From sequence record OL615011: a stretch of DNA of 64,000 nucleotides. One strand, given 5' to 3'. The number at the start of each line of letters is the position of its first letter. Position 1 is the first letter of the stretch. The notes beneath the pieces are model-generated. The model did no database searches. It saw nothing but the letters and a program-made list of their open reading frames with translations, and had not been told where the DNA came from. The translations under genes were made by a program, and so were the position numbers. Positions 8,780 through 16,268 of the stretch are shown here, in pieces. This DNA comes from Shigella phage vB_SboS_Gloob.

Positions 8780-10494
8780 ACCTCGAACACGGCATCAGTA
8801 AACCAAGCGGGGAAGAACTCTGGGTTGCGCATCATCAGTGATTCAAAAGAAGAATCAAGGATGTATGTCGCAGCCCAGTCATTCACGCCCCTGACCGAAC
8901 GCCCGCACATCTGAACGATACGCAGTACCGCCATCCTGAAGTACGCCGATGGGTCTACACTGTTGACGTGAGCCACCAGAGGATCACCAAGGTAATCGTA
9001 TGGAACCTTGATCAAGATCTGAAATCGGCTGTAATCGCCTTTGAAGTCATACCCCTCTTCCATAGCCGGACTGGCGATGACACAAGGCGTCTTGGTCCGG
9101 AACGCGTGTTCCATGATGTCCATCAGAGCCTTACGAGTACGAGGAACGTGAATCATATTCCGGTACTTACTGAACTTCTGTAGAGCCAGGGCGCGGTCAT
9201 AACTTACTGTGTGAATGATGCCAGACTGCCCAGGGTGGAATGCGATGATTTCATCCACGTATTCGGCCAGCTTCTTCATCTCATAGTCACCCATGTTCGC
9301 CGTCATCTTCATGATGGGCATGTAGTTGACTTTCCGGTTCTCAATCGGGATAGGGTTTCCGATCTGAATCTTGTGGTACTCGCCCTCACGGATACCCAGT
9401 GACCGAGCGTACGAGTCAATCCCACAAATGGTCGCCGACATGTGAACGTGGTAGTCACCCTTGCGGAACAGGCCGAACTGGGATACATCAGATGCGATGA
9501 CAGGCTTGAACTGAATCATGCCCTTGTCCTTCTCCTGTACGATGAAGGTGCTGGCGTTGGTCTGCCCCATGATCCCACAGTAGTCGCTGAGGTTGTGAAG
9601 GGTGTCAATGATGTCCGACAACTTCATCACCTGGGCTTCAGTCAGGCGCTCGTCCTCTACCAGTTCCTCAAGGGTTTCCAGCAGGGCTTCAACCTTGTCA
9701 TGCAGGTCGTCAAATATCGAATGCATCTCACCAGACAGGGAATACAGCTTGCCCAATTCATAGTTCTCTGTGCGGATGATGATATCCTTGATGAGTTCCA
9801 CGATAGGCACTCCCTCGGGGATCGTAAGCAACCCTTCCACAGCCTTTATGCTGTATTCCATGATCGTGTGCTCTAGGAGCGTAGAGGGCATTTTATGGCA
9901 CTCGTCAAGGATCAGCATATCGGCGCGGTTTTCGGGCTTCATGCAGATCGTCGTGCACATCTCCACCATCATGGCGGCGTTGGTGCAGCGCAGGGAGGAG
10001 ACGTCTGTCCACTGACGACGCGCCTGAACATATGGACAACGATTCTTGTTACAGTGGCCATCTCGGCATGCCATACGGCACTGGATAGCGTTGTAATACA
10101 GGTCAGGGCTGATATGACAACGATAGTTCTTCTTGCCCTTCAGGATGTCTATCGCCACTGCCCTTTCAGCCGCATACTGATCTTGTAACCCTTTGGTCGG
10201 TGTTGTGATAGACGTGCGGAACTGACCATATGGGTTGCGCTCAAGAACCAGATGGCGAAGCACGTTATGGATGGTAGTGCCGATGAGGGATTTACCCACG
10301 CCCGTCGGCGCCTCGATGATCACGTGTTTGAATTTCTTATTCACAAGGGCATCAACGGCTTCAACGATGCACTCCATCTGGCCGGGGTTGGCGGTGTCGT
10401 ATGGGAAGGACTCAGTGGCAAGAGACTTGATGCGGTCTATGCTAACTGGTCCGACGCCATCAAGCGCCTTGGTATATTGGTTGAATGCTGTCAC
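8776..10494 (-). CDS. DinG/XPD-like Fe-S superfamily-2 DNA helicase
   Basis: Walker A (APTGVGKS), DECH box, cysteine cluster CHISPD...CRMACRDGHCNKNRC; GTG start preceded by AGGAGG. Confidence 0.75.
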   Translation of the reverse strand: MTAFNQYTKALDGVGPVSIDRIKSLATESFPYDTANPGQMECIVEAVDALVNKKFKHVIIEAPTGVGKSLIGTTIHNVLRHLVLERNPYGQFRTSITTPTKGLQDQYAAERAVAIDILKGKKNYRCHISPDLYYNAIQCRMACRDGHCNKNRCPYVQARRQWTDVSSLRCTNAAMMVEMCTTICMKPENRADMLILDECHKMPSTLLEHTIMEYSIKAVEGLLTIPEGVPIVELIKDIIIRTENYELGKLYSLSGEMHSIFDDLHDKVEALLETLEELVEDERLTEAQVMKLSDIIDTLHNLSDYCGIMGQTNASTFIVQEKDKGMIQFKPVIASDVSQFGLFRKGDYHVHMSATICGIDSYARSLGIREGEYHKIQIGNPIPIENRKVNYMPIMKMTANMGDYEMKKLAEYVDEIIAFHPGQSGIIHTVSYDRALALQKFSKYRNMIHVPRTRKALMDIMEHAFRTKTPCVIASPAMEEGYDFKGDYSRFQILIKVPYDYLGDPLVAHVNSVDPSAYFRMAVLRIVQMCGRSVRGVNDWAATYILDSSFESLMMRNPEFFPAWFTDAVFEV

Positions 10495-10549
10495 TTTCTT
10501 CCTCCTATGGGATTCACCTTTAGTTTAACCGATTCCCAGGAACGAAAAA

Positions 10550-10570
10550 GCCGGAGTACAATGCTCCGGC
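10550..10570 (-). terminator. rho-independent terminator hairpin downstream of the HU gene
   Basis: gccggagtacaatgctccggc stem-loop followed by a T-run on the minus strand. Confidence 0.55.
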
Positions 10571-10623
10571 TTTCTCTTTTGTCACGCCCCCGAGTTGCAG
10601 AGGCCGGACCGAACCAGGTTGAA

Positions 10624-10902
10624 TTACTTGCCGTTGGCAGCGTTCTTCAGACCTTCGCCCACTTTAAATTTCACAACGTTTTTCGCTTCGATCTGAATGG
10701 TCTGGCCGTTCAGAGGGTTACGACCTTCACGAGCTTCCTGGTGCTTCACTTCGAACGCGCCGAAGCCGACCAGCTGTACAGATGCGCCTGCAGCAACTGC
10801 AGTTTTAACGCCGTCGATAAAGGATGCCACTACTTTCTCCGCTTCGCCTTTGGTGATGTTCTGGGTCGAAGCAATGTGGGCAACAAATTCAGTACGATTC
10901 AT
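10624..10902 (-). CDS. HU-like histone-like DNA-binding protein
   Basis: Near-collinear with E. coli HU (VQLVGFGAFEV...REGRNPLNGQ). Confidence 0.85.
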   Translation of the reverse strand: MNRTEFVAHIASTQNITKGEAEKVVASFIDGVKTAVAAGASVQLVGFGAFEVKHQEAREGRNPLNGQTIQIEAKNVVKFKVGEGLKNAANGK

Positions 10903-10992
10903 CTGGATTTCTCCGTTGGGTTAATGTTTACTTTCATGTTCACTACAAGAGGACTACAGTTTAACTAACAAATTTTATTGAATAAAGCGGAA

Positions 10993-11277
10993 TTATTGGG
11001 TGTTTCCTTTGGAGATGAATGATTCCATGTCTTCCCGAGAAATAATCGTTTCTACACGATCTTCATCGATCAACATTTCGTTCAGAAGGTCATAGCCCAG
11101 GACTTTCACACCACGCACACCCCAAGACTTTTCCCTCAGCTCTGACTCAATACTGAGAACTCTCTGAACCGTCAGGCCACCAGAAGAGAATGGGACCGGA
11201 AAGAAAGCAGAACACACTTGGGCACACCCATTCACGCTGTATCGAACCAGCAGGACATCACACCATACGCCAGCCAT
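10993..11277 (-). CDS. hypothetical protein
   Basis: 94-aa ORF, same strand. Confidence 0.35.
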   Translation of the reverse strand: MAGVWCDVLLVRYSVNGCAQVCSAFFPVPFSSGGLTVQRVLSIESELREKSWGVRGVKVLGYDLLNEMLIDEDRVETIISREDMESFISKGNTQ

Positions 11278-11278
11278 G

Positions 11279-11962
11279 TTACACCTCCACCGCGTGAGAC
11301 TTCAGGAGTTCATCAATCGCTTTCTGTCCCATATAAGAGAATGGGGTGCGCTGGTAGAACGCCCACAGAACCAACTGAACGACAGCGCGGGAACGGGTTT
11401 CGGCCGTCATCACCAGGTCGCTGAAATGAGGAGACTGTGCCGTCCACTGAATCACTTCGCCCAGGTCTTGATTACAGGTCACGGAGATGCGGAACTTGTT
11501 GCACAGATTGTCGACTTCTTTGTACGCATCGGTAGACACCCGAAGTTGGTCTGCATGCGCCCATGGTGTCGTGACGATTCTTTCACCCATCACTTTATCA
11601 GAGATAAACCAATCAATGGATTCAACAAACTTGCCGAAATGGTCGATGCGATAAATGCAGTCTCCCCCTTCCATAGAACGCATGGCATGATAGCGAGCGT
11701 CGATTTCGTTGTTGTGCATCGCGTTGAAGTCGATGAACACGCGACGCGCCAACACAACATCTTCCGGCTCCAGAGGGATGTATTCCCCTTCGTTGCTAGA
11801 CCTCCGGATGTTCGGATAATGTAGAATGCCGCTTAAATGCCCAGTGCAATATACATAACGAGGTCCAACACCCCCGACACGAGCATGAGCGACATAGGAT
11901 GGTTCTGTGAATCGCAAGTGGCCTTGATCGGCACCGACGATAATAGAATAAAGTTTTTCCAT
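11279..11962 (-). CDS. hypothetical protein
   Basis: ORF track 11279..11977; start moved to the ATG preceded by GAGA CTATATC. Confidence 0.5.
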   Translation of the reverse strand: MEKLYSIIVGADQGHLRFTEPSYVAHARVGGVGPRYVYCTGHLSGILHYPNIRRSSNEGEYIPLEPEDVVLARRVFIDFNAMHNNEIDARYHAMRSMEGGDCIYRIDHFGKFVESIDWFISDKVMGERIVTTPWAHADQLRVSTDAYKEVDNLCNKFRISVTCNQDLGEVIQWTAQSPHFSDLVMTAETRSRAVVQLVLWAFYQRTPFSYMGQKAIDELLKSHAVEV

Positions 11963-12019
11963 GATATAGTCTCTCAAATGAAAAGGGCGACCTTATGATA
12001 AGTCGCCCGAGGTTATTGA

Positions 12020-12928
12020 TTATTGGAAATCACCAACATACATGTTCAGCTTGTCGTCCCAGTTCAGAACAACACGGATCGTTGCGGTATCTTCTGGGAA
12101 GGTCAGTTTGTCACACATGGCGCGATTAACATAAGTCCCACTCTGGTTCACGTTGTAGTCCTTGCCTTGCATGATACCAAAACGCTTGAAGTCGCGTGTC
12201 ACCATCATGTTCAGGGTCGCCCATGGGAGTGATTCACGCAATGCTTTACACAGGATAATCTTTCCATTCGGCCTGAATGATACAAACAACTCATTAGCAA
12301 CCCGGCGGCGGGTGGGTGCCTCGAGTTCACGCAGGGAGATAAATTCAGAGGGATCGTCCAATGCACCCAGGGTGATCATGTCTTCGCGAACTTTATTGAC
12401 AATTTCAGTTACTGCTGACACGACTTCAACTGCCGGATTCGTCTTAAATGGCTCAACAGTCGTGGACATCTTGGATACAGACATCCCGCTGCCGTTGCGC
12501 TTCTCCGCATATTGCTCGACGGACTTGTCACTCACTGGAGGCAGTTTGGTGGCAGGAGTTATGACCGGGCTTGCATCTGGTTTCGCCTTTGGGGTACTCC
12601 GAGCCGCACGCAGCTTTTCCTGGGCTTCCAGAATGCGCTCTTGACGAGAAAGTGGAGCCTTTGGGGTGATCTTCGTACTGAAGTCAGAAACGCCGACCCA
12701 GTCACCCTGGTCATTACGCTTGGCGACCAGAGTCAGTTTGTGGATGATGCCCTGAAGTTTGCTCTCACGCAAGTTGTCGGCATACCAGAACTTCGCACCC
12801 ATCTCGAACTTCTCGGCGAAGATCACGCGAGCGTCTTCGTGTACCAACATAACTTTGGCTGTGTTGGGGGCAAAAGCCTTATTCTTTTCGATAATCGCCG
12901 CAGCGATTGATTTGGTCAGGAGCATCAC
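12020..12928 (-). CDS. hypothetical protein
   Basis: 302-aa ORF. Confidence 0.5.
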   Translation of the reverse strand: MMLLTKSIAAAIIEKNKAFAPNTAKVMLVHEDARVIFAEKFEMGAKFWYADNLRESKLQGIIHKLTLVAKRNDQGDWVGVSDFSTKITPKAPLSRQERILEAQEKLRAARSTPKAKPDASPVITPATKLPPVSDKSVEQYAEKRNGSGMSVSKMSTTVEPFKTNPAVEVVSAVTEIVNKVREDMITLGALDDPSEFISLRELEAPTRRRVANELFVSFRPNGKIILCKALRESLPWATLNMMVTRDFKRFGIMQGKDYNVNQSGTYVNRAMCDKLTFPEDTATIRVVLNWDDKLNMYVGDFQ

Positions 12929-12976
12929 AGTGTATTCCTTCAGTTCACAATGTAGGGCTAAATTTTAACCCGAAAC

Positions 12977-13294
12977 TTATTTTTGAAATCCGACAAAGTC
13001 CTGGGCAATCCCCCGACAATACATCAGGTCTTTCTTCGTTTGTGGGCTGTTTTCGGCCGCAGACATCATCATTGGTAGGTCCAGCGCATTCTCTATCTGA
13101 TCAACACTGAACAGATCAAGGCGCTTCAGCTCTCCCTCGAAGTCAGACAGGAGGATAGATGTATCTTTGTCGTCCGGATGGAATTGCTGATACGTCTCCA
13201 TCCAGGCGGCGCAGGTATTCAGTTTAGACGGTGGTGTGGCGTTTACACACCCGGCCATCAGTAACAGCAGGAGTAGGATTTTACCTTTCATCAC
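12977..13294 (-). CDS. putative lipoprotein
   Basis: Signal peptide with lipobox (LLLLLLMAGC); ATGA overlap with the upstream gene. Confidence 0.5.
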   Translation of the reverse strand: MMKGKILLLLLLMAGCVNATPPSKLNTCAAWMETYQQFHPDDKDTSILLSDFEGELKRLDLFSVDQIENALDLPMMMSAAENSPQTKKDLMYCRGIAQDFVGFQK

Positions 13295-13977
13295 TCGTTC
13301 TCCTTCATCATATTGTCGCAGTCAACACGAGTCTGCTGGAGTTCGCGCGACATGCGAGGATCATCAAGGTTCACGCTCAGATTCGTGGCCAGGTCTTTCA
13401 GGCCGTTCTGAACCCTGTCTTCAAAGTAATAATCGTTCTCCACCAACCATGCCCTGAGGCCAAGAGCGCGAGTGCGCCATTCCTTCTTCAGGGCGCGATC
13501 AGAGGTCTGCGTAGCGCTGTATTCGAATACTTTGATGCACTGATTGCCATCGTTGATGAGGTTCAGGTGACGGCGGCCTATCTGCACACCCTTCTGTAAT
13601 GCCGGAGAAGGGAGAGAACGGCACTGTCTGACTGTCATTCGGCCTTGGGTGCCCATACGCCCAGTCATGATAAGATCGCCAGCCTCCATGCCGCCTCGAT
13701 TAAATTCGTCGTCATTGAGGTAGCCCTTGAGGTTATAGGCTCCCTGTTTGTATCGGTTGAACTCAATCCCAGCATTGACCACAGCAGTGGAGACGTTGCC
13801 CGTGTTCCAGAGTTCAGCAAAGTTCTCTATGGAACCAGACTTGTCGATGGCGACTGCCTGGGAGAACCCAGCACAGTAGGAAAGATCAGACCACAGTTTG
13901 TCACCTGTGGAGTTCAGCTTGGCGGCGGCGGGTAATGCCAGACCAGCCAGCACAACCCCGAGGATTAAACGTTTCAT
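13291..13977 (-). CDS. putative secreted (periplasmic) protein
   Basis: ORF track 13291..14043; start moved to MKRLILGVVLAGLALPAAA (cleavable signal peptide) preceded by AAGGAGA. Confidence 0.5.
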   Translation of the reverse strand: MKRLILGVVLAGLALPAAAKLNSTGDKLWSDLSYCAGFSQAVAIDKSGSIENFAELWNTGNVSTAVVNAGIEFNRYKQGAYNLKGYLNDDEFNRGGMEAGDLIMTGRMGTQGRMTVRQCRSLPSPALQKGVQIGRRHLNLINDGNQCIKVFEYSATQTSDRALKKEWRTRALGLRAWLVENDYYFEDRVQNGLKDLATNLSVNLDDPRMSRELQQTRVDCDNMMKENE

Positions 13978-14056
13978 GGTGATTCTCCTTATTTCATTGG
14001 ATGAAATGATAGGCGGCTCACCATGTTGAGTAAAGGGTTTCAATAAACTATCGTAT

Positions 14057-14515
14057 TCAGAAGCGAGCGTCAGACACGGTTCTGAACTTCACACCCTTGA
14101 ACTGCTTGGCGACCTTGACGAACTCCATCGCTGGCATGTCCACTTTGTAGACCTTGATGCGCTGTCGGTCATCCATGTTCAGGGCGGCGACATAGCGGTG
14201 TGAGCCGTCGACCACGTAGTTATCAGAAGACACCCAAACCCGACCCATGGGCTTCTTGTTTCTGATGTTCTTCATGATCTTCCAGACCTTCATCTTGTTG
14301 ATTTCGTTCTGGGTGAGACGGAGCGATTTGATAGGAACCTGGCCAGCGTCGATGGTGATGCCGAGTTCCTCCAGGTAGTCATGGAACGCCTGCTGCTTGT
14401 CATCGTCGATCTGTGGCATAGAAGAACGAGAAAGCCCGAGGTTTCCAACAGGAATCCTCAGGCCGTTGATAATGTTCAACCAGTCTATGAAGGAAGACAT
14501 GAACATGAGATTCAC
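14057..14515 (-). CDS. ParB-like nuclease domain protein
   Basis: VPIKSLRLTQNEIN ... VVDGSHRYVAA resembles the ParB/sulfiredoxin fold. Confidence 0.4.
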   Translation of the reverse strand: MNLMFMSSFIDWLNIINGLRIPVGNLGLSRSSMPQIDDDKQQAFHDYLEELGITIDAGQVPIKSLRLTQNEINKMKVWKIMKNIRNKKPMGRVWVSSDNYVVDGSHRYVAALNMDDRQRIKVYKVDMPAMEFVKVAKQFKGVKFRTVSDARF

Positions 14516-14539
14516 CTCGGGATATGGATTATCCCTTAG

Positions 14540-14650
14540 TTAGGCGTGAAATGTCTTACACAGTACGGCTCCGAGATATTCACACAACAAAACGAGCAAG
14601 ACACCCAATGAACATCCAATAAGCCAACCCCAAAATTCAATGTCCACCAT
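14540..14650 (-). CDS. small hydrophobic membrane peptide (36 aa), not in ORF track
   Basis: Manual translation MVDIEFWGWLIGCSLGVLLVLLCEYLGAVLCKTFHA; ATG overlaps the stop of the upstream gene (TGATG). Confidence 0.4.
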   Translation of the reverse strand: MVDIEFWGWLIGCSLGVLLVLLCEYLGAVLCKTFHA

Positions 14651-14937
14651 CACACCTCGTCTTCTTCAGGTCCACCGTCAATCAGGATGCGAGCGGTGTC
14701 GAAAGTTTCCCCGCCCGTGTTCAGCAGCTTGGTTAGATCGTCAAGATATCGGACCGTGCCAAGATCAGATGACCGCGATATAAACTCCAGCATACCATAC
14801 AACGCTGATTGGAATCGGCCATTGTCGATATGATTCTTGACCTCCATCAGGCGCAAGATGTTCTCTGACTGAGTATGGCCAACACACGCCTTGTCTCTGA
14901 TCATCTCCTTGATAGAACTTCTCTCTGATGGTGTCAT
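14650..14937 (-). CDS. hypothetical protein
   Basis: 95-aa ORF; ATGA-type overlap with neighbours. Confidence 0.4.
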   Translation of the reverse strand: MTPSERSSIKEMIRDKACVGHTQSENILRLMEVKNHIDNGRFQSALYGMLEFISRSSDLGTVRYLDDLTKLLNTGGETFDTARILIDGGPEEDEV

Positions 14938-15308
14938 AACGTACCCCCGACAGAGATCAAGAACTCTTCTTCAATGGTCGTGACCGGGCGGCGGTTGCGG
15001 GTTTCGATCATGAAGCCCCAGCCGCCGTCGGCGACGTTGCCAAAGGTCTTGACGCCAAAGGTCTTCTTCCCGTTGGAGCAGGCATAGAAGTCCAGGATGA
15101 ACGGGCTACCCTGATTGTCGATCCCACGGTTTACGCCGTCCGCTACACAGCGCTCAATCATCTTCCCGTTCTTATACAGAACGAGGTCTTGGCCATACGC
15201 CTTGAAAGCATAAACGCCGCTGGTAGACACTCCGGTGATGACAGGAGGAGCGGAAACAGCAGAGAAGGAAGCGCCCAGCAGGGCAACAGCGAGGATTAAC
15301 TTTTTCAT
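14934..15308 (-). CDS. putative secreted protein
   Basis: ORF track 14934..15329; start moved to MKKLILAVALLGASFSAVSA (signal peptide) preceded by AGAG CTATATC. Confidence 0.5.
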   Translation of the reverse strand: MKKLILAVALLGASFSAVSAPPVITGVSTSGVYAFKAYGQDLVLYKNGKMIERCVADGVNRGIDNQGSPFILDFYACSNGKKTFGVKTFGNVADGGWGFMIETRNRRPVTTIEEEFLISVGGTL

Positions 15309-15332
15309 GATATAGTCTCTTGGTTTCAAATG

Positions 15333-15354
15333 GGCGGGGTAATCATACCCCGCC
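15333..15354 (-). terminator. intercistronic hairpin followed by ATTTGAAA and CTATATCATG
   Basis: ggcggggtaatcataccccgcc stem-loop between two same-strand genes. Confidence 0.4.
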
Positions 15355-15367
15355 GGAGTTTATAGAA

Positions 15368-15613
15368 TTAGCTGATGTGCTTCAGAAGAGCGAAGAGGAT
15401 CGCGGCCTTGGCTTTCACCTTGCCGACGACGCCTGTCTCAACATCGACTTCTTCAGCAACCCACTCTTTGCCCTTCTTGCTGATGATAACGTCACGGCGC
15501 TGGGCATATACCTCTTTGGTCGCGTACACGCGGCGGAACCCTTTGGCGCGGAGTAGTCCCCAATTGCGGTCAATTTCTACGGAGGTTTCGACCATTTTGT
15601 TCTTATTTGACAT
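15368..15613 (-). CDS. hypothetical protein
   Basis: 81-aa ORF. Confidence 0.4.
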   Translation of the reverse strand: MSNKNKMVETSVEIDRNWGLLRAKGFRRVYATKEVYAQRRDVIISKKGKEWVAEEVDVETGVVGKVKAKAAILFALLKHIS

Positions 15614-15776
15614 CTGTGACCTCGATCACGTTAGCAACGTTGCGCCAGAATTCACGTCCTTCGGAATCAACGACCAAAATTTGTTTGTTGCTGCGAGCCT
15701 TAACTGTCAGGACAGGAGCAGTTCCGAACTCACCTACCCATTTGGTTTCTTTTACTTTCGATCCAGACATGATCAT
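15603..15776 (-). CDS. hypothetical small protein
   Basis: ORF track 15603..15791; start moved to the ATG with AAGGA spacing. Confidence 0.35.
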   Translation of the reverse strand: MIMSGSKVKETKWVGEFGTAPVLTVKARSNKQILVVDSEGREFWRNVANVIEVTDVK

Positions 15777-15899
15777 AATGTAATCCTTCATCTCAATCTG
15801 GTGAACCCCATCGTTCGCCAGTTATTGAATAATAGGATATTCCTTAGAGGAAGTAAACCCCTAAAAGTAAAAATCCCCAACAAACGTTGGGGACTTCTG

Positions 15900-16226
15900 T
15901 TATTTGCGCAGGGCAACCACGAGTTCAGCGAGTTCACCCATGGTCGGGTCATCGCCTTTACTACCCAGCCAACCGTCGTCGATTTCGACCTGAAACTCTT
16001 CTTCGAGGTCCATTACAATTTCGATAGCGTCCAGTTCATCACCGCCGAGATCCTTCTTGGCGCGGAGGCCTGCAAACTTGTCCAACGCATCGTCTGTGGC
16101 AACTTCACCGTCAATCATTTTCTTGACGTTTGGGTATTTCACCTCGTCTGCATCTAAGTTCAGATTGTCAGTGGCGTACTGAGCCAGATGACGCATGACT
16201 TCAACATATGTTGGTTTACTGCTCAT
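15900..16226 (-). CDS. acyl-carrier-protein-like protein lacking the phosphopantetheine-attachment serine (DSL replaced by DEL)
   Basis: DLGGDELDAIEIVMDLEEEFQVEIDD aligns with E. coli AcpP [26 protein letters not shown]; Glu codon GAA at the serine position. Confidence 0.6.
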   Translation of the reverse strand: MSSKPTYVEVMRHLAQYATDNLNLDADEVKYPNVKKMIDGEVATDDALDKFAGLRAKKDLGGDELDAIEIVMDLEEEFQVEIDDGWLGSKGDDPTMGELAELVVALRK

Positions 16227-16268
16227 GCTACTTCTCCCAAAGAAAGGCGGGTTGCCCCGCCCGTTGGA

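Noticed and set aside
12977-13977. Overlapping gene pair as an i-spanin / o-spanin lysis module
   Set aside because: The upstream protein has a cleavable AxA signal peptide and no coiled coil, and the lipoprotein is larger than typical o-spanins, so it is treated only as an exported-protein pair
15900-16226. Functional acyl carrier protein
   Set aside because: The phosphopantetheine-attachment serine is replaced by glutamate, so it is annotated as an ACP-like protein or mimic rather than a carrier
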